A stretch of DNA of 62,926 nucleotides, filler included, from Sluysia triapertura (GCA_046118255.1; 5 parts of 5 records of this genome joined end to end with filler, not necessarily neighbours in it); one strand, 5' to 3'. Shown: positions 1-14,467, counted from the whole stretch's first letter. The notes: generated from the sequence alone by a model not told the origin. A program made the numbers and translations.

Positions 1-2103
1 TTTGACTTTGCTCAATATTAAGGCTTTCCTTGCATGAACTCAGTCAAACCATACCTTCATCGAAAGGTCTTTTCAAATTTAACATAGCATTCCGCATTCA
101 AAAGTTATTCACAAAAGCGTACGTTTTCTTAATTAAGTAAATTAAGATTTAATTAATTAATCTGTTTTTAGACTTAATCTAATTCTATGTTTAAAAGTTT
201 TATTGAGGTTTTAAAGTTATTTGATAGTTTTTTAAGGCACTCAGGAGGCTCTAGATGTTTTCACCTTCACCGTTTTGATTCCTTTTTCCTCTTCTTCATG
301 TTAATTATTACTACAATGAACTTATTTTTATTATTTTGAGCAAAGATTTTATTTCTCAATCATTTCAAAGATTTTTATACACTTTACGATATTGCTCGAA
401 GATAAGGCTAATAAGTTCTAATGGTACCTTAATGTTTCTAAAGGTTTTTAAAGTCCATCTCAAACTTCCTTAAGGTCTCAAACCCTTATGTAGGTCTTTG
501 GAACCTTAAGATATTCTTTAACTGTTAAGATTATTAAAATTGTTTTCCCTTTCATGATTCTTATTTCAACGAAGTTTATAATACTTCATCTATCACTTCT
601 CATCAATTCTTCCTTCATTCGTCTCCTAATTCAAAGTTGGACAATCCCAACATAAGGTTTTGCATAAATATAAGAGAGTTTGAGTATGAGTTTACACTTC
701 CTATGTAAAGTGAAGTAGTGAGACTTAAAATAAATTAATTACTTAGGTTGCGTGGATCAAAGTAGAATATCTTGAGCTTGGTCACTAAAACTTATGAATT
801 TAATCGCTGAGATTCTGCTGTGATTTGTTCTGCGTCTAATTATTTATTCTCCTTCCAGTAACTTATTCTGCTTCTAATAAACTTATTCTGTGTCTAATTA
901 TTTTTATTTTTCTAAAATTTTGCTTCTTATATATAAAATTACTTTTTCAAAATGGTTTCCTAAACTAATTTATTTATTTGTTCTAATACCTAAAAATAGA
1001 TTTTAAAAAAATTAATAAAATTACTTTTGTTTATTTTTTTAAATTCTAAAATAAATTTAAACAAAATAAAATAAAATTTAAATTTAAAACAATAAAATTT
1101 AAAATTCGTTATTTGATTTTTGTTATTTATAATTTCATAATTTTTAATTGTATTTTGATTTATAATTTTCTAATTTTTATAATATTTGATAATAGATTTT
1201 AAAACGCAAAACACTAAAAAGTTTTTATAACTTTTTTACATACTTTAAAGTTATAATATATTGTGATTCAGACTCATTTAATTGTGGTATATAATTATTG
1301 TTTATTTAAAAAGATGAAACCCAACATTACTATATTTTATTTTTAAAATTAGGTAATACAAAACGTGTTCAACTAATGTATGCATAAGTGAATTTATCTA
1401 ATAAATACCATTAGTACGATACATGTTTGAACAATTACGTTCAATTTTTAAGCCCTTAGTTCTAAATTTATAAATTTATAAATTAAGTGTAAATCTGAAA
1501 CACTTAATTCTTTGCAGATAACTTTTCATAGATTAATTTCATAACAAACTCAGCGTGATTCTATATCGAATTACTTAGTAGGTCAATTTATCTTACTTTT
1601 TATTTATTTTTATATGTAAAAAAATCAAATAATTTAAAATATTTTAATTTAATATATTGAAATAAATGTAAACTTTTTATAGTTTCAGTTCTTTTCATAA
1701 AATACTTACTTTAGTGCTTTCACATGTATAAATTGAGTGATTTAATTTAATTAGTTTTCTGAAACGGGATTTTTGATGAAAATTTTAATTTAAGTATCAT
1801 TTGAAAAAATAAAAATGAATTTCTATGTAATGTCAGAATTTTGTAATTAAATCAAAATTAAAATAATGTTTTTAAATAAAGCCGACCAATTAATTCTTGG
1901 ACTAAAAATCCGTTTATTTTATTCAAAAATTTAAAAAGAGTTGTTTAACAGTTTATTTTAGTTTTCTATTTTGTTTTAATTATCTATTTGTTACTTCCAT
2001 ATAATTAAAATAAAAGTGAGGTGTATTTTTGTTAAATGTGCGTTATCTTATGAGTCACGATTTCCACTGATGAATATTTTTACGTCTAATAAATATCATA
2101 ATC

Positions 2104-5100
2104 ATGCATTATAACGGCAGTAATTATAAGTAAGTATTTAATTAACATTTCATATTGTAATTTTTAAGTTCAGTTAATAATTATTCTACTGTAAGTAAAT
2201 TATTTTAAATATGCCATTTTGATTTTTTAATAGAATTATAATGTAGAATATTTTAATCAGGTTTGTTTTGGTACCTTTTTATTAATTTATTTAGACCAAC
2301 TTTACTTCTATGGAAAGTAAGCTTTATTTAATTTAGATGTCTCATTCAATCAAATTTTATGATTTTTTATCTTAAGATTACCATCAGTTTTATCCATCAT
2401 GTTATATGAATGCCAGTTTTTATCAACCTGTTCCGTTTCAACCCAATGTTGAAAAGCGACAATCATCAGCCCTACCAGTTATTGATCCACAGAACAATAA
2501 AGAGTTAGATCTTCAAGCATTTTCGCAAAAGAATGAATCGAAGAAAACTAAAAACTACAGCCTGTTAGATGAAATACAGACAAAGCCCAATGATAATTTT
2601 GTTAAACAAGAGTTGAAAATAAGTAGTTTATTAGAAGAAATACAATCAAAACCTGCAGAAAATGTAGTAAAGGAAAAATCATTCGAAACAGAAAGTACAG
2701 AAGTTTCTTCAAATGATTTAATAGTAAATAACGATCAAATAGATGAATTACCCCAAACCATTAATGTATCGGATTATGTACCAAACAATTTTGGTTGTAC
2801 AAATAATTCAAATATAAAAAATAAAAAAGATTCCTTTGCTAATGATGGTAAAATCTATAATCGAAGTGATTTAATTAAAATTGCTTGGAAACTGCCGTGC
2901 GATTATAAATTATTAAGGTATTCTGATAAAGAATATTCTGATATTTTTGAAGAAGTATTTTTATTTTGTATTTTATTATTTGAATTTAGAAACCTCAATT
3001 AAATGACTTGATCACATTATTAAATAAAGTATGTTTTAATTCATTTTTTATGGGTGTTACTTAAATTATGTAGTTATAATTTGTCTAGTATAATTATTTG
3101 CAATAAGTTCTATATCACAAATATTTCTACGTAAATTTTTCAAAATTTGTTTTAATTATCAATTTATTTAAAATAACTTAAACGTATTATTTTAAAGTAT
3201 ATCTGAAATTATTTAAAAACAGATGTATTTCGGTAAATGCAAAGGTTTAAATAGACATGCAATTGCGTTTTTCTTTATCATTAAGTTAAAGTAACATAAA
3301 TGTTTTTGACCATAAGAAAAATAAAAATTTAGATGACTCATTTACTATTTAAAAGAGTATGATGCTTTTCAGATAATGTATCGTAATTTCTTAATACTAC
3401 TCTCGTTAAAAATTGTCCTATTTAGTTATATATTTAAAGTTATAGTTTATGTTGTATACATCAACTAGCATTTTACGATCAACATTTTGGTAATTTTTGT
3501 TGGTAAAAATTATAAATTTTCAAGTATTCGTAGACCATTTTAATATTTTCCGCATTATTGATTTCAAATTCAGTACAAATTTGCACCACTCTTTAACATT
3601 AAGTAATATTTAATATTTTAAACTATTGTTAATTGGTACAAATATTTGACATTCCATTACAAGCTTGATAAAACGGTTTATTATTAAAGTGCAGAAATCA
3701 TTTACTATATAAAATTATAAAACAAATACAAATTATTTAGAAATCTTAGTAATTAAATATAATGCATTTAGAGAAAAAATCGAATTGATATAACAAACTT
3801 TTCAAAACTTAATCGGTCAACTAAAGGCTACTTACCTCCACATTTAAGAATAAATGATGTGTGTACTGAAAATAAAAGTCTGGCTGATTTTCGGCGATTT
3901 TTTAGAATAATACTAAATAAAATTGCACCTCAGAATTTTGAAGAATGTTCAACTGAAATATTGAAACTGGTCAAAAAAACTAATTCATTAAATGATATTT
4001 CCACGGAAGAATTGATATTGTGCTTAATTGAAGAAATATTTGATAAAGTGAGTAACATATGAATTCATTCTATTTTTTGTTTTAAGTATTAAAATATTTA
4101 TATTTTGCATTATATATAGGGAGATTTAATAAATTTGTGAAACTTATGTTACACTTGTACTTTGAAATAAATGAATATCACATTAACCATTTCCTGGCTG
4201 CAAACCACAATTATAATAAATATGCCAAAAAAGGTCATATTAAAGAAATAGTCTTCCTTATTGATAATCCTTAAAATAATCCGATTGTATAAATCAAGCA
4301 AATGGTTAATAAAATCATTAAATAACGTGATTTCTAAGCACAAAAGAAATTTACGAGTATTATTCATTCATTTGACTTGAAATACATAAGTATTACATTA
4401 ATAAAATATTTTCTGATAATTTAAATTGCTCCATATGCTCTTTTTCAACAAATTAACAACTGATATATTTACCAGTATCAAAGGCATTGGAATGATTACA
4501 ACAAACGCAGAGTATTTCATGTAATTGAACAAAACCCATTATCAAATTAGAGATCTGAAGGAAATTCCTGACAGTCCAAAATATGATTGATTTAAATGTT
4601 GATATGACTACTTACTGTCAAAAAAATCAGTGATTCAAACTTTTCAAAAGATTGGCATACGCGGCTGAAGCAATTAAATGTCTCAATGTGCATTGTTCCA
4701 TTAATGATCTACATGTTATTATTTAAAAGCCTGTAAAACAGCCGTTGTGACAATTTGAACAATGATGGATCATAGAGCTACTTATAAACATTTTTTATAA
4801 ACTCTTAATAGTAATTGCACCTTTGCTATACTATATTACATTAAAATATCCTCTTTGTATTTTTCCAAATTAGTGTCAAAATAAACAAAATTCAGTAATT
4901 GATTTATTTGGTGGTCTATATATAACTACTAATAAAATTTATTTGTCAGTAATGCTTAATTTCAAATGAATATTTAACTGAAACAATGTCACTTAATTTA
5001 GCACCTATTTGATAATTTAACATAACACTAGTGTCACTACGTGATATTCTTCGTGATATTTATGAAAAAATAAATATTCATTTTAAAAAATAATGAATTA

Positions 5101-8100
5101 AAAATTAACCATTTTTTAAACATTCACTTACACGAAAAATATCAATGATATTTTCATTCATAATTTCAATAATTTGCACAATTTTATTTTTAAATTTTTC
5201 ACTGCCATAAATTTAGTTACTCGATTTAGTCTTAAAAATTTTCATATATTTCAAACGTGTATGAGAATTGACTCCATTATTTTGGTGTTTGAAACAATTT
5301 ATGTTCATGTATAATTCTTCATTTTGTTTTTTTGACAATTTTTTTTATTCATTTACTTGATTTATTTTTATAATTATGAGCATTTTACCTAAGTATTGAC
5401 AATAACATTGAAAAATATAATTATTCTTAACTTTATATCTTTGAAAACCTATATAATTTTGCTATTCAAATCAGAATAATGCTTAGTTTCGTGTCCTACC
5501 TAATATAAGTACGGTTTAATTATTGAATGTGTCGACTTTAGTTCTAAAATGTGCAAAACATTTTAAGTTCAGAAAAACCAGTAAAAATTTTCAAGGAAAA
5601 AGTAATTAACAATTGCATTAGTCAATGAGTTTCATTGAGACTTTCTTTTCTAACCAAAAACGTTTTCATTCAAATTTAAATCTTATTTAATTGTAATTAA
5701 TATAATTAGCAATAATCAATTTTCATAACATTGTATTAGAAGAATTTAAGAAATATAAGTCCCATTTTGATAATATAAAAAGTATTAAAAAACTATTTTG
5801 AATTTTTTAAATATTCACATCTTAAATTTATGCGATATTTGTTTGGCAAAAATCTTTATATTTTTTATTGAACAAATTTTTATTTACAGGCAGTTAAAGA
5901 AGAAGTATATAGCGATACTTACGCCAAATTGTGTCTTAAAATTAAAGGATTTGAAGTTTCGGATGGTCTAGATTGGAATTTCAAGACATTATTATTGGAC
6001 AGATGTAAAAAAATGTTCGAAACTCCACTTCAAGATCAACTTGATACTGTTCGTCAATATTGGCAAGAAAAAGCTGAAAATGAATCTGATAAGGCACTCA
6101 AAAAGCTTTATTTAGATATTGATGAACAAGTGAAAAAAGAGAAAGATAAATATTTTGGAAATGCGAGGTAAGTTTAATTGTCTAATAATTAAAATTTATT
6201 TTCTTTGTCCAAGCCTATAAGTTATACAAATTTATCTGTGTCAGATATCTAAACAATATAGAAATAAATAGAATATTATACATAATGAAGTCGTGATAAA
6301 GTGGCAGAATCGACACTTTAGAAAAAGTGTTACAAAGGAATAATATTAGAAGTATTCCAAAAATCCAAAAGTTTTATTTACGTATGAATACCTAATATGA
6401 TACATAGTTATAATGAATAATTTTTTAATTAATATTTACTCAAGTACTAAAACTTTGTAGTTATTTTAAGACGATTTGTATTTTTAGTGACATTAAATCA
6501 TTAAAGAGAAGTGTCTAAGCTTTTCGAAATAAAAATTACCTTAATATTATTTAGGTTTATTGGTGAATTGTACATTCATAACTTATTAAAACCGGCTATA
6601 ATTTACCATTGTGTAAAAAATCTTATTTCTAAATGTGATACAGATGAAGCTTCAACAAAATCATTATGCAAATTATTAACTACAGTTGGAAAGAAATTTA
6701 CCGAACAGCACCCAGATAAAATGGAGGAAATAATATCTCTACTAAACGAACTTCTCGAAAAATTAAAAGATAGCAAAGATGCTAGTCGAATTAAATTTAG
6801 TATAATGGATATTATCGATATGAGTAAACGAAATTGGGAATTGAGAGCTGTACAACAACATAATATAATAAAACCAAAAAAATTCGAAGAATTAAAACAA
6901 GAGCAAGAAAAGGATAATTTACCTCAACAAAATGGAGTTGGTAATTCAAGTAATTTCTCTGCTACCAATAATAAAATGAAACAATCTGCCAGTGCAATTG
7001 ATTTTAGTGAGTATTTAAAATATTTTGGTATAACTTTTGCCAAGATTTTATATTAAATTTAATATTAAATTTTTTTATATTGTTGAAATATTAAATAACT
7101 TCAAGCTTGAAAATAAATAACTGTAAATGTTATTAGATTGTTTAGATTTAATCTATTTTCAATAATGTTTATATTGCTTAGGTTTATTGAAATATGAAAA
7201 GTACATATTTTAATCTTTTGAATACCAAACAATGTTTTCAGTATAATGTTTGTATTTCATGATGAAACTATTAGGTTATCGAATTTATTAAAGTTTTTAA
7301 ATTTACTTTAAGTTATCTTCATGTATTCATGTCTCAGAGGCATATCATAATGGGATTAGACTTAAATAATTCATGATGGTAATATTCATATTTTCGATTT
7401 TAAAATGGTTTTAGTAATAAAAATGCATATTATAATAATTGTTGCTTTAAATTAATTATTAATAATTTACTAATAGAACTCAAAATAACAAACTTTATAT
7501 ACGAACAATTCTACATTTAAATGTTTCATCACAAATTATGTTATTTTAAAATTACATGGTACGTTTACTTCAATTTACGATTAAATTTAATATTGCATCC
7601 AAAAATAATTAACGAGATTTCTAACATACTTGTCCTATTGTGATACAAATTGAAACCTTTTTTAATCATATATCTGTGCATCTACATGAAAATTTGTTAA
7701 ATTAATTTTCATATAATTACTAAATGATTATTAATTTTTATTTATATAAGTTCTATTTTAAATATAATCTTATTTTTTCGAAACTAAGTTAAATTTATTA
7801 GACGAATATTTAATTTATTTAGCACTAAACGTACAAGGTATCTATGCATACCATCGTCGGTCATTTGACCATGTCTACATATAAAAATATATAAAATTAA
7901 GTCATTATAAAATGACAAATAACAATACCATTTAAAAGTATTTTTTGAAGTAAAAAATTAAAAACGCACATTTGACCGGTCGTGGAACGCTTACATTTTC
8001 ACTTTGATGATCTTGAGTTTAACTTTAATTTCGATGCCATTTACTAAAATTCTAAATACTTATTACGAGTATCTAAAAGTATTTAAGTTATGATCTTTAA

Positions 8101-9181
8101 CTTCATAACTTTTAAATTTTCTTACAGTGAATCTTTTTTAACTTGTCTTTTTGCTCGATAAAGATGGAAATGCAGTAAAAGCAAAGTTTCGATTTAAAAT
8201 CCATCAAAATACTAAATGAAATTGATAAAAAATATCTATTTTTAATACACGAAATAGTCTTAAATAATGTTTTTATTTTATCCTATTTTAATGTTGCACT
8301 TAATATATTTTAATCAATTTTAATTAAATTTAAAATTTTTTCCTACTGAGCTCTTCAAAATTTACAGTGGTCTAACCAACCAAATTATAATGCTTAGCAG
8401 TCATCAAAACTATCGTAGACAGACAAATCCACCTATTGTAGATCGTGTTTTAAATTATTTTTTGGTAGAGTTTAGTTTAACATTTGTCTCCATGATAAAG
8501 TATTTATCTAATAATATATCTGGGGTTAAGTTATGATGGCGGAGCGGTAATTATGTTGAAATATTAATGACTTGAATTTTCATAAGCTTGTCAATATGAT
8601 AACAATTTTAAACATTGTTAGTCTAGTGTAACTATATGCATCGTAACGACTAGGAGAATTAAACTTAATCGAGTTTGTTGATTTGACTTTATTTATAATA
8701 ATTATTAGACATTTTTCCTTCGATTCGTCATAATTTAATTTTTCAAAATTTGTATGTTATGTGTACATGTACGGAATCTTGTAATTTATTAACGCGACTA
8801 GTCATATCGAACCAGAAAACTGTCTTTCGTTAGTGTGATAAGCTAGAACGGTTATTATTCAGCATTGAAGTATGAAACAAATTGGCTTTAGATTAATTGG
8901 AAGAATTTCTTCGGCAACTGTTAATATATTTCTAGTTTGGTTTTATTTTACGATTTTAATGTTTTTTTATTGATCAATGACAGGTATTGGCAGTATTGGG
9001 TAATTCATAATATCATTGGTCAGAACAATATCGTTTATACTGTTTTATCCAATTATTCCATATTATTACTGTATAATATACACTAATGATTGGCTTTGCA
9101 GCTAAGTTTTAATTTTTTATTAGGTAAATGGTAGCCATATTGAAAATGACTAATTAGAATACAAAAATAAAATTCCTGCTA

Positions 9182-9254
<73 letters not shown>

Positions 9255-11733
9255 GGTCCCCCTTAATTATTGCATACTTTAAATTAATTGAATTAAGGTC
9301 AATATCTATTATTATATAACATATTGAGTTTCCGTTAAAATTTCGTTACAAATAATTGAACAATGCTCTTTAATACTCAAAAAGATTTAAATAATTTGTT
9401 CAGAGATTAAACTTTGTCAGATTTTGTATATTCAACATCTCAGATTCCAATAATCTATCTTGTTTATGCTAATTTATCTTTTAGAGATTTCTATTCAATT
9501 TCGGTATTTCGTGCACTTTATTGTACGTTTTCGAGTGACATTTTCTAGCTTTTCAACATTTTCAAGTAATTCAATTCTTTCATTGTCATATTACGGTTAA
9601 TAATGCATTTATATCGTGACTTGAACAGTTTTAGTGTTAATGTTAATGGTTAAGCGATTGAATTTGGTTGTTAAGTTTAAAATTTTGAACATGCCTGTTA
9701 AAATGTCTTAAAGTTTGTTGAAGGGCTGAATATTTTGAAAATACTGAATGTGTTCTGTATTTAATAATCAGTTTAATGGATTGGTGATAGGTTATTTTAT
9801 AATAAAATTTTGGATTGTGAGTTGGTTCAACGTACCACCAAATTATAAGAACCAATAGTTATTAAAATTTAAGAACTAATGACAATCAAAATTAAATTCT
9901 TGTTCGCAGAGTAATATAATCACATAACATCTTTACTATAATCATCTTTCCATTAAATCAACATTCTACTATCTAATTAATTTAGTAAGTGAAATAATTA
10001 ATTTAGTAAGTGAAATAATTAATTTAGTAAGTGAAATAATTAATTTAAAGTAAGCGCAATGCAATTTTCATTGTAATCTCTATACTTTATGGAATAATAT
10101 TTGTATAATTATTTAAAAATTGTTTAAAAAGATTCATAGAAATTCTTCAGAAAATATTTGTGTCTATTAGGTTTAAGTAATTAAATTTAAACCAAAATAT
10201 TGTTTGATTTTTAACTAAGTGATATTTGCATTTTCAATATCTATTTCAATTTTTAAAACTTATATATTAATTTAAGAAGTAAATTGAATAAATTTTCTGT
10301 TTAAATGTGCTAAAACTATTAAAACTAAATTTTAGAATTATGATTATATTCAAAACCTCATACATTATTAAATAAATATATTAGGTTGGTAAGTATGAAA
10401 TTTGTGGATAATATCAAGTTTAGTAGCTTATTATCTGACATTGTTTAATCATTTTTGCTGGAAAGTTACGTATCTCTCCTATTTAAAGATTTGTAAGCTC
10501 TAAAAATATTAAAAACATTTTTAAAAAATTAATTTTGTTGAAAATGTAACTGTCGGAAATTGGCACTAATACGAAATATTAGTTCGTGTGCGTAACTGCG
10601 GCATCGCATTTGGCTCTAGCGCTACAAAACAGCATAAATTATCTAATTTGTTCGCAAAATTCATAGGAGTAACTTTGACCTCTTAAATGGGCTGTACGGT
10701 CATCCAGAATCAAAAGTCAATAATGAATTATCATTGAAGTTGGGTGTTAGCAAACAAATACATTAACTAGCTTAGCTCAAATTGGAAAAGTGAAAAGGTT
10801 GGATAAATGGTACTACATAATCTGAATGAAAAACGTTTGGAAGCTTCCTGTATGTTGCTTTGTATTGTCACAAATCTGATTAATATTTTAAATCGAAATG
10901 TCACTCGAAGAGAAATGGATCCAATATGACAATCGCAAACTTTGAGCACAGTGGTTGGACGCAAAAGAAACTGATGGTGAGTCTTTGATTGTCTAGCGCT
11001 TGTATGATCCATTTCGATTTCATGAAACCTGGCTCATCAATCACAGTAGAAATATACATCAATCAACTGGACGCAAAAGCATGACGCACAACGGATCGAC
11101 TCTTATCTTATTGCATAATAAGATACACTATACTGCACAAACAACTCTTTAAAAATAAGGCAGTTGGGGTTGAAACTTCATTCTTCATACCTACCAGACA
11201 TAGTCCTAACTAACTACCATTTCCGCAATTTGGAAAGCTGTTTAATAAGGAAACAATTTAATCCCGACAATGCTGTAAATCTGGCCTTCCGGGAATTTTA
11301 TATAACCTCTTAAATGGCAAAAGTGTATAGACAATCCGAGTACATATTTTCATTAATAAAAGGAATTCCTTATTTTTTAAAGTTACCAACCAACTTTTGC
11401 TTTTTGCTACAAATTTCATCCTCAATGTCCTGATGTAATTTTAAATTCTAAACTAAGTATACCTTATTGGTATAAAGATTTAATGATCAGTTTAACATAA
11501 ATAATAAACATTTTGCAATACTAATCTATTATATAGATATTAAATCAAATTTTAAAATATTTTTAGGAACAAAACAATCCAACAGTAAAAAGTTAAATAG
11601 TCAAATTGAAGTTAGTTGTCTTACACCATCAACATCTCAACCATCAGACGTTTCTTTAATGCCGAGTGTAAGAATGTGGTCTCACGGAAGCGGTGTTAAA
11701 AACGAATCAGAACCATGGATAGAACAAGGGTAA
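2104..11733 (+). CDS. eIF4G: Eukaryotic translation initiation factor 4 gamma, 9 predicted exons (about 615 aa if the last exon is terminal)
   Basis: Exons 2104-2129, 2169-2190, 2234-2260, 2295-2316, 2377-2954, 3772-4047, 5890-6167, 6555-7006, 11567-11733. All introns are GT..AG and phases are consistent (1848 nt, no internal stop). Protein has the eIF4E-binding motif KIYNRSDLI (YxxxxL-phi), LNRSTKGYLP upstream of MIF4G, the MIF4G hallmarks FRIILNKIAPQNF, IFDKAVKEEVYSDTYAKLC, GNARFIGELY, LCKLLTTVGK and SRIKFSIMDIIDMSKRNW, and a post-MIF4G WSHGSG resembling WGKGSS. The last exon is the least certain. Confidence 0.93.
7823..7990. mobile_element. Possible decayed piggyBac-type MITE in eIF4G intron
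   Basis: Starts ttag-CACTAAACGTAC and contains GGTCATTTGACC plus a second CATTTGACCGG, resembling piggyBac-derived MITE subterminal motifs. No clean TTAA target duplication. Confidence 0.25.
9182..9252. repeat. (TAT)n microsatellite
   Basis: About 23 perfect trinucleotide units. Confidence 0.97.
9975..10046. repeat. 21-bp tandem repeat x3
   Basis: Unit aattaatttagtaagtgaaat repeated three times plus a partial copy. Confidence 0.9.
10381..11435 (+). mobile_element. Decayed mariner (cecropia/Hsmar1-like) DNA transposon inside eIF4G intron 8
   Basis: TA then TTAGGTTGGT left TIR; ATGAAATTTGT is shared in inverted form at about 11409-11419. Broken transposase frames read RLEASCMLL, KWIQYDNRKL*AQWLD, QKKLMVSL*LSSACMIHFDFMKPGSSITVEIYINQLD, LILLHN, PDIVLTNYHFRNLE and KWQKCIDNPSTYFH*, matching mariner DD34D transposases. 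Confidence 0.92.
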
Positions 11734-13097
11734 TATATATGTAATTTACGTTATAAAATAAATTCTTTAATTATTAATTTTATAAAAGTATTTAAAATAT
11801 CTTTATTATAATTAATAATCAAATTATATTATTTAAGGCAATATTTATAGAAAATAATTTGCAATTTATCTAGATATGCTATTTATTTTGATCAAATGAT
11901 TTTGTATAATTCGCATTGTTTCTTGAAAAACTAATTATTCCATTCCGTTATTTAATGGAAATTTATTGCTGCAATCAAAATAAAACGGACACTAATATTC
12001 TAAATTAAGGTAATAACATTTTATTAAATTCTCTACTATAATTATAAAACATAAATGGAACTAGGATTTTAAAAGTACTTATTATGAATAAAAATACAAT
12101 GTAATATATTCAGTAGTTTTAAAAAATTAACAAATACATTGGTTATAGTGAAATTAAATGAACTCTTAAACTATTATTAAACTATATAAACTCAAACTAT
12201 ATCCTCATCAAAATAAAATGATGATTAATACGCGCTTTCGTGAGGTGGTAGAAACAATGTCTGACAAATTATTTTACATGGCATATTGAGGCCCATAAAA
12301 TAAAAAGTTCAAACATTAAATATCAGTATGAATAAAAATAAACAGAATACAGTAACAAAAATCAAGCTTAACTCTATATATCTGAAATCACATTCGCTTT
12401 TGATTTCATTTCCTCGAACGCTGAGATGCGATTATGTAAAGGCAGTAGAGTTAATGACTGTAATAGTCAATTGAAGATATTAGTTTACAAGAAAATTATA
12501 AAATTATCTAATCCAGGCACAAAATGAGTCCTCGAGCGCATAATTTATCAATTCCACAAAAAACTTTTCGAACATACTTATGGTGTAATCACACATATTA
12601 CTTAAATTGTAATAAATTTTACTTATTTTATTACATCCAGTATGTTTTTAATTATATTACATATGCTAATAAAATGAAAGTATGCTTGGTTTAAATGAAG
12701 AAATGGTTTCCTCATATTAATTGTGAATGATACAAATGAATACAATGAATGTTAATGTAACTAAGAAACCAAGTGAATAATTGAAAGTAGTTATTGACAT
12801 AATTTAGGTGAATCAAACATTAAATATATGCATTTTTAACAGTAATAATATTTTTTAAATTTTGAATTTTTTTAAAATGAAATGAATAAATCATAATTAA
12901 TAGTTAAATTTAATCAAATAACTAACGATATGTAACATAATATTTATGTAATGTAAATTTTGATAATGTAATATTTATGTAACATAATTAATGTAAATTT
13001 TGATAATATTTTAAATTAAACTTTATCGTACGAATGGTTAATATATTAACCACTGTTTGTACTCGTTGTTTGCCGAATTATAGGAATATAGAAAATT

Positions 13098-13197
13098 NNN
13101 NNNNNNNNNNNNNNNNNNNNNNNNNNNNNNNNNNNNNNNNNTTAATTAATTAANNNNNNNNNNNNNNNNNNNNNNNNNNNNNNNNNNNNNNNNNNNN
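13098..13197. other. Assembly gap with artificial linker (44N-TTAATTAATTAA-44N); identical gaps at 25352-25451, 39222-39321, 50202-50301; plain N gaps at 32583-32731 and 42311-42445
   Basis: Directly visible. The linker places stop codons in all six frames and is a scaffolding convention, so adjacency across these gaps is uncertain. Confidence 0.97.
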
Positions 13198-13523
13198 ATT
13201 AATCGCAACAATAATAATAATAGTCCATGATAATTAAATGGATTTCGAAAAGATGTTAATCGTAATAATAATAACAATAGTTCATGATAGTTAAAATTTA
13301 TAACTTTAATTTGAATTTTGAAAAGATGTTAATCATAATAATAATAATGATAGTTCAATGAGATGATAGAGCTTATTTTTTGAATGATTTCAATAGCTCA
13401 TTTAGTAGTTTGTGTATGTGTGTATCATTTTTAAGTGATAGGTTGTGTTGAGCTTTATGAGAAGAGTTATTATGAATGTTGTGTGATGAATTGTGATTGA
13501 TACCTAATGACGAGTTCCCCACA
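13198..13523 (-). repeat. Dispersed repeat family C (TGT(G/A)GGGAA terminus, AC-skewed tract); homologous to 34472-34625
   Basis: gttcatgata...tttttgaatga...tttgtgta...tgtgtg...ttcccca(ca) aligns with the reverse complement of 34472-34625. Confidence 0.75.
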
Positions 13524-13962
13524 ATTATTAAAGAAACTTTATAAATTTTACACTAATAACGTATTTTCAGTAAATCACTTATAACCTTTTAGTAAACATT
13601 AACAACACCACATCAAACATTCATCTTTAACTAACTATCATGACCCCTTAAAGTTTACATTTCATTCAAAAGTTTTAGAGACAAAAAAGAAAATATTATT
13701 AAACAAAACTTGAGTAAAATGTTAGTAATTATTATTATTATTATCATCCTTTATTATTTTTGAAATATTATTTTTATTATTTTAGATGGATCACGTACAA
13801 CTCTTTTTAGTTATTTTTAAATTTATAATCTGTCGAAGTCGTATGTGTAATTAATGAAATCAAAATACTTTTTGTATAGATACTCCATGCGCTTATTGTA
13901 CCTATATTAAGTATGTTATATAAATAGCAATTGACCATTTTTAGAAGGTATTAAAACAATTT

Positions 13963-14467
13963 CTAAAATATTTTATGTAAAGTAAAACGTCTATTTGGGG
14001 TTGGTTTTGTCTCGTGAAACCTATTTAGTAGATTAAGTTCTTGGTACCAATTTGATTGGTTAGAATATGCTTGTGGTAAATATTTATTTACGTAATTTGT
14101 GGTGCTGATAGGTTGACACCCATTTGGAAGTATATTAAGATAAAATGTTAGAAGTTTTTTGACCGTATTCAACCTTACGAATGTGACTTTATGACAAAGT
14201 AATTGAGTTATTTTTATATACACTTTGACATCTTTTACTATGTCTTGTTTATGATGAGAAATTATTTAAGTTCGGAGAATATGGCAACGAAATTGTAACG
14301 GAACCATCACTATTAGTCGAAATCATAGGTTTAAAACCTAGTATATTGAATTCTTGACTACTTGATTTACTGACTGATGCATTTGATCCAGATTTAGATG
14401 ATAGTCTTTCCGAGCATAATCTACCAATAATACTAGTCGTAGAAATGTTAATATTCGAGCTTCCACT
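13963..14467 (-). pseudogene. Frameshifted orphan ORF (Ser-rich N-terminal part), divergent from module B copy 1
   Basis: After ttaattag the frame reads SGSSNINISTTSIIGRLCSERLSSKSG...LPYSPNLNN, then shifts by one base near 14260 into ORF 13963-14223. No family recognised. Confidence 0.4.

Noticed and set aside
9975-10046. Short tandem repeats as CRISPR array
   Set aside because: No spacers, and the context is eukaryotic and intronic.
10767-11012. Minus-strand 81-aa ORF
   Set aside because: Antisense shadow of the mariner transposase.
13142-13153. TTAATTAATTAA palindrome recurring between N runs
   Set aside because: Scaffolding linker, not biology. ORFs spanning N runs (32542, 32562, 42227, end of 39270) are artefacts.
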